Below are positions 48,230 through 58,047 of a stretch of DNA of 64,000 bases, one piece after another (the first letter of the stretch is position 1; the number at the start of each line of letters is the position of its first letter). The stretch is from a virus. Position numbers and translations under genes: made by a program. The notes under the pieces were generated by a model. The model was not told where the DNA came from and did not search any database. It worked only from the letters and a program-made list of their open reading frames with translations. The stretch is from IMG/VR virus record IMGVR_UViG_3300042868_005761, positions 64,001 through 128,000 of that record. The stretch is one strand, 5' to 3'.

Positions 48230-51200
48230 TATTGCTTCTTTACGTTGGGGAACAGATATTTATTTGCAAGCGTACCACCAATATCTTCAAACATCTTATC
48301 ATAAGTAAAGCCTAGGTCGTCTGCTGTAAACTGCGCTTCAAGAAGAGTATTATCCATTGATGCACCATATCTTAATCTTGCATTTGCAGTTTTCATTATA
48401 GAATCTGCTCTTGTCATAGATTGTCCTAGGCCACCATCCATCCAGTACTGACGGATGTATTGACCAGGGGACTTATACATACCAGTACTCATGCCTATGT
48501 TTGTGCCTGCCACCATAGGAATACCCTCTCTTGCTAAAGGAATCATCATATAAGCGCGACCTTCTGCGATGTAGTTGTATATGACTGAAGTTAAAGATGA
48601 AGATGCATAGAAGTAAGCCAAACTTCCAGCAATTGCAGAACCAAGAAGAACACTAGCAGTGCTACCAAGTGCACCTCCTCCATACATAAATCTTTTGGTA
48701 CTTAATGCAAGGGCGCCGCCAGAAATTACGCCAAGAGTACCAGCCCCAATTGATATGTTTTCAGTAAAATCCTGAGCAGCATTTACCTCTTCTTGCATCT
48801 TTAAAACTTTTTGTCTGTAATTTTCCATTACCTCACTTAAGCTATCAAGATAGTACTGCCCTTCACTTGTCATATTATTTTTCTCACCCCAATTGGGGAA
48901 AGCTGCAAGCGCTAATTCCATATAGTACTGAGTTCTTGTGTAGACACTACTTTGTAGTCCATTGAAAATAATATAAGGAGTAACATCTTCTTCTATAACA
49001 AAAGTGTCTGGGTAAAGCTGAGTGATGTATCCAGTTTCTGGACTAAAGATATGATGCACTTCTTCAACTTCAATAGGTCCATAGATATTGTTATAAGTAT
49101 CATTTATGATGCATACATCGTAAGGCTTTATATGCGGATTCCCCATAATGGTCATTGAACCTTTGTACATCTCTTTTGCTTGCTTTGCAAGTATTGATCT
49201 TGCATAAGTTGACGCCATTCCTTTACTTTTACAGTTAGGAAACTGATATGAAGTTTTTCTTATAAACTGAGGAGATAGATCTACGTTTGCCTTTCTTGTA
49301 ACAGTGTTCTGCTCTTGCCAGTCAATAAACGCGTTTAAGTTCCTAACGTCTGGTGCACTAGCAGTGCGAATGGCCGCATCATTCCATTGTACTTCAACTT
49401 CTGTATACCAGCCATCAGCTGTTGCTTCTATATCATTGCTGATAATATCTGTATAAGAATTAAGATTATGCCAAGTTCTAAATGGTCTAAAACGTCTTCT
49501 TGCTATTCTTATAAAATTTGCAATCTCTTCAGAACTAACACTTGGCACATTTCCGTAATCAGGAAGAGTATAGTCACCTGACGCATCTCTTCTTGTTTGC
49601 TGTAGGAAAGGACTACCTTCTTCTAATTGTCCACCTGACTTTAGTATCTTTCTGAAGATTTTATTTTGCCGATAAACATCCAAAGGATCTCCGCAATATT
49701 CCCACATATTCTGATCTGGAAGACCAAAAAACATAGTCATACGATTACTATTCTTATAAATTCTAGGATGCTTAACATAGCTAGGATGACGATATGTCAT
49801 CTCTTCAAATACATCCCAAATTGTAGAATAAAAAACATTGTAATATAAAGTTTCAGGAGAGTACACAGAAATTAACATTGGACTATTTTTATACTCACTA
49901 TCGTTAGCGTTTTTCTTGGCAAGAGCATGTCTATCCAAAATACCAGTGCCGTGGTTTCTAGCTCCTTGGAGTTCCTTTTCTACAGCATCCTTGTCCGTTA
50001 AGAAATAGTCAGCTGTGTAATACGCAGCTGTAGCCATTGCCTGAATGACCACTTTAAGTACAACTCCAAAAGCTACAGCCCCTGCAACTATAAGACCTAT
50101 CTTTGTCTTGGTAATATTACCTGCAGCTGAGCCAACCTTCCAGGCCGTTGGGAGAGCTATGGCTCCAGCTGTCCATCCAGCCGCAGCAGGAATTCCAAGC
50201 TTCTTTGCTTTATCCTCAAACTCTTTTACCTGTCCATCTTCAACTTGAACAACACGAGCTGTGCCGTCTCTTGTCAATGCCCCAGTCCAAGTACCAAACC
50301 AGTCATACCAGTAATAGCCTTGTAGCGGTTGATAGCTAGGAATATAAAGATTGTCATCCTGAGGTCCTTGGTTGGGCTTTATAACATAGGCTTTATTTGC
50401 ATCATTCTTCCAGTTCTCTAATGCGTCATAAGTTCCATCAATCCAATTCAGATCAAAGCTATCTTCAAACGTATAAAGATAGTTTATAAACCCGCCTTTT
50501 CTTCTTGCATTGTGCATACCTCCAACAGCAAATCCTTCCTTATAAGCTAAGTTTGAAGCAGCAATGCTTTTGTCTTCACCAAAGGAAATAATACTGTCAA
50601 ACTTTTTCTTACCAAAGTGTATGACTTCTGGTTCAAACATTAATCTAGCTAATAGATCAAATGTATCCAGATGTTGAACTGATGTTTCTTTTTTAGTAGT
50701 ACCTTTTAACTTTGCAACTAATTCAGCACCATAAGACTGAGCAACAACTTCAATCTTATTACCAGACCCATCTAGATTAATGTCGGTAATTTCACCAAGG
50801 AATACTTCTTCTAGCTTATTAGCATCATTGCTAAATCCTAAGCAAACTTTGATCTTCATGCCAGCATTCAAAACAAATCCAATATCAGACTGTTCAAATT
50901 CTGTTCCTCTTACAAGAGCATTGCTAGATTCAAACTCTAATCCAGTTCCAACGTTAGCTAATCTTTCTGTGACCTTATCATCACTGATTAATATAGAATT
51001 AGCTGCTTTTGCAAATTGATTAAAACCAGTAAGAACTCCATTTGGATCTACAAATGTAAGTCTGCATATAGAGCTTGGGCGCTTGCGGCTGTCAGCAATC
51101 TCTAGTCGCTCAATCTTAGAGTAGGTATAAATTTCATCTAACTCTACATACTCTGTATTGTAAATATCATCTTCTTCTATTAGATAAACTTTGCAAACAG

Positions 51201-54200
51201 GATAAGCTCTTCTTGCTGCTAATTTCTTTCTGCCAATGCTTTTCAGGCCATCATGTAGTCTAGTTAAATTCGCATATTTTTGAGTTGAGAACTGTAACAA
51301 AACTGAAGGATCTCCCGCTCCACAATCGTCATCAAAGAAATTATAAAGATTAAAATTTGGTGGCGTCCTAGACTGATTGTTTTCTTCTTCTTGTCCAAAT
51401 CTTGCTCTTGGTCTTTCTGCAGTTCCAATTCGCGGAGGCACACATAGGTTTTCAGGAGTAGGTTGTTCTGATCCGTCAGGGCCGACAGCACCTTGACCTG
51501 TTTCTCCAGCCTCTGGACGCTTAATAGTTTCTAAGAAATCCTCATAATCTCCTCGAAGATATTCTTGCATTCTAAGAATATAGTCTTCGCCCTTAACTCT
51601 ATTAAAATCTTGAAGAGTAACGTTAGCAAGCGTACTCATTCTTAACTTTTGATTTTCTTCATCATCTTTATTAAAATTCATAGACATAGGAGCAAGTAAA
51701 TCTTGGTTAGGTCCAAGCCATAGTGATAAGTTAGCCCAATCATCTTTTGAGCTCTTTGCCTTTGGATATGTAAGACTATCACCGTCATCGCCCACTTTGT
51801 CATCATTATCAAGGTTAGGAGTTTGCTTAGGTACAACTTGAGTATCATGAATTTCGTTATTCCAAGCTCCAATTACTCCTTCCATCAAATCTGATGCGGC
51901 GTTGTTTGCTTTTTCTTTAAACTTGGCTATAAAATCTTTCCTAGTCGCAGTAGTTCCCGCACGTAAGTCTGCGTTTAATGGGCTACCTGTCTTGCCAAGT
52001 CTCTCTATATCTCCAGCAGCAAGATTAGCTGACATATTAATGTTAAAGTTATATATATCTTCAGCAGACCATCTTGCACTTAGTTTAGTTTTTTCAATCT
52101 GCCTATCTGCAAGTAACTCGTCATTGCCATCAATTGACGGATTGTAAAGATAGAAGTCTGGTTCAGTAAAGCTATTTCCTCTTGAGAAATTGGCAATAAC
52201 TTGGTTATCAGGCATATCTTGATTTTGATAAAAATTATTTACAACTGCATCAAAACCAAGAGCACTTACTCTTTGATTCCAATAAGGATGCAAAGGAAGA
52301 TCTAGGTCTTCGTAAGCAGGCTCAACTAAGCTTTGTTCTTGTGCAATTAATAGTTCTCTTGTCTTTGGGAAGAATTCTGTCTCAGTGCTAATCTTATAAA
52401 TATTCTCAAAATCAAAAACGTTATTTAAGTAAGGAATAATTAAATAGTTCCAAGCATAATCCATAAAGTATTGGTTTGGAACAGTTAACTTCATCCATCC
52501 ATTTGATCCTGGATTATCAATGATCTCTTCAAATTCAGTCACAAAATCAACAACTCTACGACCCCCTTTGTATCCTTTTTTGTTTTTCAACATAAGAGGT
52601 GCTCCAGGGCCTTTTTTATTGACATATCCTGCAGCCTCCTTGAAAAGTTCAGTATCCTTATTATTTAATACAACTGAGTCCTGATCATAGTTCGGATTTC
52701 CACCATTGATTCTTCTATTATGAAAATCATAAAAGAAACTTTCAACTGCCAATTGAGCATTAGCAGAATTAATACCAAAGCCACCAACACTATTGTTAAT
52801 TCTTTTTTCTGCTAATTCATCATTAAGCTGACCTGTAGTTGCTATATTATTAAAAAGGTCAGTTAGATCTTCACCTGCTATTGAAGCACCAGTAATCAAT
52901 GTTTGTTTTCCTGAAACAAATTGTACACTTCTCATACCAGGATCAACAGGACCACGAATTGGCTTCTTACCAGCTGCTATTAAGGCATCTTGGGCAGCTA
53001 CACGGTCTCTTATTCTACCAGTGGCGGCACCTTTACCTGTGAAAAGTTTACCAGGCGCGCCAATTACGCCAGGAGTTCCACCAGCTGCATTCTTTATTGC
53101 GCCTGCTGCATTCTTTATTAGAATATCACCACTTCTAATAAAACTACGAGCTGATTGCGTGTTCCAAAGAAGCCAATGCCTAAAAGCTGAAAGTTTTTGT
53201 GTACAGGCTACAACAAAACCACTTGTTTTCCACCATGCAGCAACAGCCCCTGCAGTGTGTGTTACCGTTGAGCCTGCTTTAGTATTAGCGGCAACTACCG
53301 CACCGGCCTTGGCTGCTGCTTTTCCTTTACCAATAATAAAAGATCCAACCTTTACAACTCCTGATCCTATTTTTGCAACTACGAATTCACCACCCCAGAC
53401 TAATGCAATGTCAAGAATCATATCTTTAACATCAAAACCTTTCCAAGGCTTGAATAACATCTTAGCGCCGGGCTTCATAATAGTATAAGGATTACTTGTA
53501 GAGACATCATCTCCGTCTTTGAATCCTCCACCAATATCATCTTGTGGGAACATTAAAGTTTCAAGACTTGTAATAGGCTTAACTAACTCAAAGATATTAA
53601 CACCGTATTCCTTAGCTGAGGTACTCAAACCTCTAAGAAAATTAGGACCAAACACTTCTTCTTGGAAGATTTCATTGGGTGCAAAGCGTCTAACATAATT
53701 CCAATTTTCACGAATAGCTGTATTAGTCTTATTTTCATTAGAATCGAAATACTCAATTAATACACGAGGAGTACCTTCAATTAAAGATGCCGCATCGCCT
53801 AGTGCACTATTTCCAGTACCAGCTTCTTGTAATAGAGAAACTCGCCACATCCAAAGAAACCAAGTATTTCTTGCAAGAGCAAGCACAGATCTATGACTTC
53901 TAATATAGGGAGCTATTGGGTTTGTTGTTATATCTCCTGACAACGACCAATCATTTAATGCGTCAGCATAAGAACTTTGTCCTTCACCATCTGCAAAGGT
54001 AAAAGCTTCAATACGAAGTGGTAACTCACTTAAATCATATTCAGTATGCTCAAACTCAAGTTTAAAATCCCAGTAAGCGGGAGCAATAGGATCAAGAGCA
54101 ATAGGAGCAAACAGCTGGAAAAAACTAAATTGTTGTCCAAATACTGTCCCCATGCCCCCTTGTAAAAACTCACCTTCATATTTTTGAGTGTAGTCTTTGA

Positions 54201-56427
54201 GCCAGAGATAAGGTTGATCATATAGAAGAGTAGAATGTAAGAACCCAGTTCCTTTGCGATAAAACAAATCGATTATCTCTTTTCCTTCTGGAATTTTTAA
54301 TCGATAAGCACTATCTACAAGTCTATGGCCATTAGGAATAATTAACCTATTACAAAGATTAATAGTGCCACAAATTTTTTGCATAAATGCTTTGTGACCT
54401 TCTCCTAAACCTTGAATAGTATCGTTGTACCAAACACTTCTTGTTGTGTTCCAATACAGGAAAAGCTGATCCCGAATAACATCAAGACCTGGACTTGACA
54501 GATCTATTGTAGGTACGTTTGCGTCAGTTGCTGTAATGGGTGTAGGGGCACAGTTATCAGATATACAATCAACATTTGTAATTATAGGAGTATCAATTTG
54601 TCGGTCTACCCCATACTCAACACTTGTTCTTGAAAGCAACTCATCTATAAAAGTTCTCTTAATATCTTTACTGCTTACCAATGATTGTCTTTTAATCTTT
54701 GGATTCTTAATGTAAATGTCATTAGCAGTTAATCGCATTTCAGTTGCATAAGTACCTGGCGTTTCAGGTAGTGTTGCACTATCTAATCCATTAATTACAA
54801 AGTATAGATCTCCCATCGCATTAATAAAGTTATTCTCTACTCTTAGAACATAAGACTCAGGAATAAACTTATACTGTATAGCTTGTTTCTTTAAAGTATC
54901 TTTTATGACTTCTATTTGACGAACAGAATCTAAACCAAGAGACTTAAATGAAACTAAGAAACTGTTATCAGCACGCCCAAGAAATTGGGCAGTTGGCATA
55001 CTAATTCCTTGAATAGGTAATTTCTTAAATACGTTAAAAGATGTTGCAGATATAAAGTCACAAAATAAGTGATTAGAAGTATAAACATTATCAATGCTTG
55101 TTCCAGATCTATTGAATTTCATATCTGGATTGCTTGATGTTGGAATTATCAACGTATTTTCTTTATAGAACAAATCAAATGAAGTTAAATCTTTTGTGTA
55201 AAGATTCCATCCCATTTTCTTAAGTTCTTCAATCTGCTTCTTATATTTCCTAACAGCAAGTAAAAGTTCGCCTTCAGGTTCTACTTCTGCTGGTGGGGTA
55301 ATTTCTGGCTTAGCAGGCTCTTCAGGCGGGGGTACTGGCGCTGGGGTAGGCGCGGGAACCACTTCTGCAGGAGGGGGCGGAGGAGGCGTAGCCTCTACTG
55401 CAGGAGGTGCTGGTAGCACCTTCACAGCAGGAGGAGGCGGTAAAACTACTGCTGGGGTTTCAATTGGTGGAGTAGGGGGATCGACTTGTGCAACCTCAAT
55501 AGGTCGTAGACCAAGAGCTTCTCTGAACCTAGCCGCACTTTCTTCTGCGCTTTGTGGTAACAAGAATGTTCCCCAATTTTGAACACCAACGCTGACAGGA
55601 AGCAATTGGCCTAACTCATTTTTTTCTGGGATTCCTTCTCTTTTTCCATAATTTCTTAACCATCTACGCACTTCTTCTGAAGCTCCATTCAGAAAACTGC
55701 CGCCGTCGAAATCGCCACCGCCACCAAAATCAAAGTGCATAGCGTCGCCAGTGATATTACCAGAATGAAGATATCCGAGCCAACGAAGGCAAACTCCATT
55801 ATTTGGGACACCAGCACCATCACCACCTCTTTGATATTCAGAACCTAGAGCATCTCCTTGATCATTAGTTGGACCTCTTGAATGTCCAGTACCTCCTCGA
55901 ACAAGATCACTCCAGTCATATGCGTCTCCATTGTCCTTGACAACTAACCCCTCTTTTATACACTTAACAACTATTTGTGCAAATAACTCATAGACTCTAA
56001 AATACTTTGCACTTCTAATGTTAGGCATTAGCATGTTATTTTCGTTTATAAGAGCAATATCTATAGCTCTACCTCTTGGGTGATGAGCTTTGTTACCTGG
56101 CACAGCTCTGAGAAGAGTCGCGGGTCGGGCGTTACTCTTGGCTCTTGTAGGCCAAGGCTTAAACTCTACTTCTCGAAGGCGCTCATGTGGTTCATTTACC
56201 GAACCTTTATTTGTAACCTGCCAACCTGGAGGTAAGAACTTACTTGCCGCTTTGATCATAGCCTCTAGACGAGGATCAGCATCTACTTTACATTTCCAAC
56301 TCTCTGGGCAATCAGTTAATGGATTTCGTTTAGTAGGGTCTTTCCTATAGTAAGTTTTTGACGCGCAAGGATTAGGAACATACCTATCAGTTCCAAAAGT
56401 ATATGTACTTTTTCTTTGTTCACTCAT
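48229..56427 (-). CDS. Giant multidomain tail protein: N-terminal M15-like peptidase, Pro-rich linker, C-terminal baseplate hub (gp27/Mu gp44-like)
   Basis: HHPRGRAIDI and DAMHFDF; Pro-rich run near 55270-55500; LNAGMKIKVCLGF..VFLGEITDI, YKGSMTIMGNPHIKPYD..EVEEVHHIFSPETGYIT. Confidence 0.75.
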   Translation of the reverse strand: MSEQRKSTYTFGTDRYVPNPCASKTYYRKDPTKRNPLTDCPESWKCKVDADPRLEAMIKAASKFLPPGWQVTNKGSVNEPHERLREVEFKPWPTRAKSNARPATLLRAVPGNKAHHPRGRAIDIALINENNMLMPNIRSAKYFRVYELFAQIVVKCIKEGLVVKDNGDAYDWSDLVRGGTGHSRGPTNDQGDALGSEYQRGGDGAGVPNNGVCLRWLGYLHSGNITGDAMHFDFGGGGDFDGGSFLNGASEEVRRWLRNYGKREGIPEKNELGQLLPVSVGVQNWGTFLLPQSAEESAARFREALGLRPIEVAQVDPPTPPIETPAVVLPPPPAVKVLPAPPAVEATPPPPPPAEVVPAPTPAPVPPPEEPAKPEITPPAEVEPEGELLLAVRKYKKQIEELKKMGWNLYTKDLTSFDLFYKENTLIIPTSSNPDMKFNRSGTSIDNVYTSNHLFCDFISATSFNVFKKLPIQGISMPTAQFLGRADNSFLVSFKSLGLDSVRQIEVIKDTLKKQAIQYKFIPESYVLRVENNFINAMGDLYFVINGLDSATLPETPGTYATEMRLTANDIYIKNPKIKRQSLVSSKDIKRTFIDELLSRTSVEYGVDRQIDTPIITNVDCISDNCAPTPITATDANVPTIDLSSPGLDVIRDQLFLYWNTTRSVWYNDTIQGLGEGHKAFMQKICGTINLCNRLIIPNGHRLVDSAYRLKIPEGKEIIDLFYRKGTGFLHSTLLYDQPYLWLKDYTQKYEGEFLQGGMGTVFGQQFSFFQLFAPIALDPIAPAYWDFKLEFEHTEYDLSELPLRIEAFTFADGEGQSSYADALNDWSLSGDITTNPIAPYIRSHRSVLALARNTWFLWMWRVSLLQEAGTGNSALGDAASLIEGTPRVLIEYFDSNENKTNTAIRENWNYVRRFAPNEIFQEEVFGPNFLRGLSTSAKEYGVNIFELVKPITSLETLMFPQDDIGGGFKDGDDVSTSNPYTIMKPGAKMLFKPWKGFDVKDMILDIALVWGGEFVVAKIGSGVVKVGSFIIGKGKAAAKAGAVVAANTKAGSTVTHTAGAVAAWWKTSGFVVACTQKLSAFRHWLLWNTQSARSFIRSGDILIKNAAGAIKNAAGGTPGVIGAPGKLFTGKGAATGRIRDRVAAQDALIAAGKKPIRGPVDPGMRSVQFVSGKQTLITGASIAGEDLTDLFNNIATTGQLNDELAEKRINNSVGGFGINSANAQLAVESFFYDFHNRRINGGNPNYDQDSVVLNNKDTELFKEAAGYVNKKGPGAPLMLKNKKGYKGGRRVVDFVTEFEEIIDNPGSNGWMKLTVPNQYFMDYAWNYLIIPYLNNVFDFENIYKISTETEFFPKTRELLIAQEQSLVEPAYEDLDLPLHPYWNQRVSALGFDAVVNNFYQNQDMPDNQVIANFSRGNSFTEPDFYLYNPSIDGNDELLADRQIEKTKLSARWSAEDIYNFNINMSANLAAGDIERLGKTGSPLNADLRAGTTATRKDFIAKFKEKANNAASDLMEGVIGAWNNEIHDTQVVPKQTPNLDNDDKVGDDGDSLTYPKAKSSKDDWANLSLWLGPNQDLLAPMSMNFNKDDEENQKLRMSTLANVTLQDFNRVKGEDYILRMQEYLRGDYEDFLETIKRPEAGETGQGAVGPDGSEQPTPENLCVPPRIGTAERPRARFGQEEENNQSRTPPNFNLYNFFDDDCGAGDPSVLLQFSTQKYANLTRLHDGLKSIGRKKLAARRAYPVCKVYLIEEDDIYNTEYVELDEIYTYSKIERLEIADSRKRPSSICRLTFVDPNGVLTGFNQFAKAANSILISDDKVTERLANVGTGLEFESSNALVRGTEFEQSDIGFVLNAGMKIKVCLGFSNDANKLEEVFLGEITDINLDGSGNKIEVVAQSYGAELVAKLKGTTKKETSVQHLDTFDLLARLMFEPEVIHFGKKKFDSIISFGEDKSIAASNLAYKEGFAVGGMHNARRKGGFINYLYTFEDSFDLNWIDGTYDALENWKNDANKAYVIKPNQGPQDDNLYIPSYQPLQGYYWYDWFGTWTGALTRDGTARVVQVEDGQVKEFEDKAKKLGIPAAAGWTAGAIALPTAWKVGSAAGNITKTKIGLIVAGAVAFGVVLKVVIQAMATAAYYTADYFLTDKDAVEKELQGARNHGTGILDRHALAKKNANDSEYKNSPMLISVYSPETLYYNVFYSTIWDVFEEMTYRHPSYVKHPRIYKNSNRMTMFFGLPDQNMWEYCGDPLDVYRQNKIFRKILKSGGQLEEGSPFLQQTRRDASGDYTLPDYGNVPSVSSEEIANFIRIARRRFRPFRTWHNLNSYTDIISNDIEATADGWYTEVEVQWNDAAIRTASAPDVRNLNAFIDWQEQNTVTRKANVDLSPQFIRKTSYQFPNCKSKGMASTYARSILAKQAKEMYKGSMTIMGNPHIKPYDVCIINDTYNNIYGPIEVEEVHHIFSPETGYITQLYPDTFVIEEDVTPYIIFNGLQSSVYTRTQYYMELALAAFPNWGEKNNMTSEGQYYLDSLSEVMENYRQKVLKMQEEVNAAQDFTENISIGAGTLGVISGGALALSTKRFMYGGGALGSTASVLLGSAIAGSLAYFYASSSLTSVIYNYIAEGRAYMMIPLAREGIPMVAGTNIGMSTGMYKSPGQYIRQYWMDGGLGQSMTRADSIMKTANARLRYGASMDNTLLEAQFTADDLGFTYDKMFEDIGGTLANKYLFPNVKKQ

Positions 56428-56498
56428 TAGTAATCTTCCTTTTAGATCTCTATACTATATTAAGCAAGGAGATCATTTATTTATTTACTTACTATATT

Positions 56499-57986
56499 CT
56501 ATCTTTTTCCTGGCCCGCGCATGAATCGCTCCCAACCTGTTCTTAACGCTGACTTCTGACTTGTTGTACTTGTTGTAACTATTGGAACAATTGCAGGCTC
56601 TTCATCAGGGCGGTTGTTTCTTTCATTATACAGAGTCCCTACAGGATTCACCCAACGACTTGCCCAAGGACTCAGCGGATCTGCCATTGTTGGAATTAGA
56701 GAAGCTCTTACTTCAAGGTTAGGCGGGGGTCTTATCCCTAAGGTTTCTTCCCACATTTGTTTACAGTCCTCCGGTGTGCTAGGTAATCGCATATTTTTTA
56801 CTATAGAGTCTGTCGTAGGTCTATGAGCTACAAGGATGTCTTGGTTGGTGCCATTTTTTTCAGCAGGGACGCATAAAGTCTGGGCACCCTTTCCGATAGA
56901 CCAGATTGACTCGCCGGGCCGAAAATCATAATGCATGCTATCCCAACCAATATTCGGAAAATCAGGATGATTTGCATTTACAAATTCATGTGGAACTATA
57001 ACTTCACCGGCCTTGTTTGTTTTTAATACTTGAACACGGTTTCCTTCCTTGTCCCACATTGGTATTAAGCTTTTATCCCATCTACCAACTTCAGGTAGAT
57101 AGGTAATAATCTTACCTTCGCCTGTATGTAACATTTGTTGCTCTTTTTTTCCCATATCTCTTTCCATATGATATTTTGTATTTCCAAAATATCCTCCCCA
57201 TCTTACACCGTATTTGGGAGCTGTCCTTGGTACAAAACCAAAAGAACCAGTTATTTTTCCATTTGGTATATCCTTTATTAACTGTCCATTATCATTATGG
57301 GAGAAGAACTCTTTTCTTACCATTACTCCACTGCCATTATCTTCCATTCTAAATTGTCGACGGGCTCCTAATTCACCACTTGAACCACCTGTCCTGACAA
57401 TCCCATCTGTATCTGGTTTCCCCAGGACTAAGTCACCCCAGTTGCAAATAGTTCCATCTTCGTAGGATATATAACCAGGATGCCCAACTACAGTAGGATC
57501 TCCCTGTATAAGTCTACAGATAAGCTGATATAAGAGCTCATATGTTCTATAAGATCTGCCGTTTCTGATATTACAAAGAAGTGTTCCATCATTAATTCGT
57601 ATACCTACATCTATTGCTAATCCACTAAAGTGGTTTATTGTATCTCTTAGCCCTCTAAGAAGAACACCGTTTCCAGCCTTCATATACTCCTCTTTCGTAA
57701 TGTCTTGTTGCGCGCATATATTATAAATCTGCCAACCACTAGGCATAAATTTACTTGCTGTTTGCATCATAGCTTCAAGTCTTGGGTCTGCATCTACCAT
57801 GCATTTCATGTCTTCAGGGGCGGTTCCGTGGCGGGCGTTTTTGTGACTATGTTCTTCAGTAGTGCGATAGTAATACTTATATCCTCCTCCAACATACCTA
57901 TGAGGCATTAGGTTAAGAGGCGTACCACTTCCAATCAAGCAAGGAAAATCGGCTTCTCTCTTTGCTATTATTTCTTCTCTTGTCAT
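56499..57986 (-). CDS. M15-family (LAS-type) Zn peptidase-like protein, paralog of the hub N-terminus
   Basis: VDADPRLEAM shared with the hub protein; NHFSGLAIDV, VRWGGYF, WDSMHYDF. Confidence 0.7.
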   Translation of the reverse strand: MTREEIIAKREADFPCLIGSGTPLNLMPHRYVGGGYKYYYRTTEEHSHKNARHGTAPEDMKCMVDADPRLEAMMQTASKFMPSGWQIYNICAQQDITKEEYMKAGNGVLLRGLRDTINHFSGLAIDVGIRINDGTLLCNIRNGRSYRTYELLYQLICRLIQGDPTVVGHPGYISYEDGTICNWGDLVLGKPDTDGIVRTGGSSGELGARRQFRMEDNGSGVMVRKEFFSHNDNGQLIKDIPNGKITGSFGFVPRTAPKYGVRWGGYFGNTKYHMERDMGKKEQQMLHTGEGKIITYLPEVGRWDKSLIPMWDKEGNRVQVLKTNKAGEVIVPHEFVNANHPDFPNIGWDSMHYDFRPGESIWSIGKGAQTLCVPAEKNGTNQDILVAHRPTTDSIVKNMRLPSTPEDCKQMWEETLGIRPPPNLEVRASLIPTMADPLSPWASRWVNPVGTLYNERNNRPDEEPAIVPIVTTSTTSQKSALRTGWERFMRGPGKR

Positions 57987-58047
57987 AGTATTAACCTTTT
58001 AAAATAAGTATTAATCCTTTATCTTTATCTATCTTTATAAGATACTA

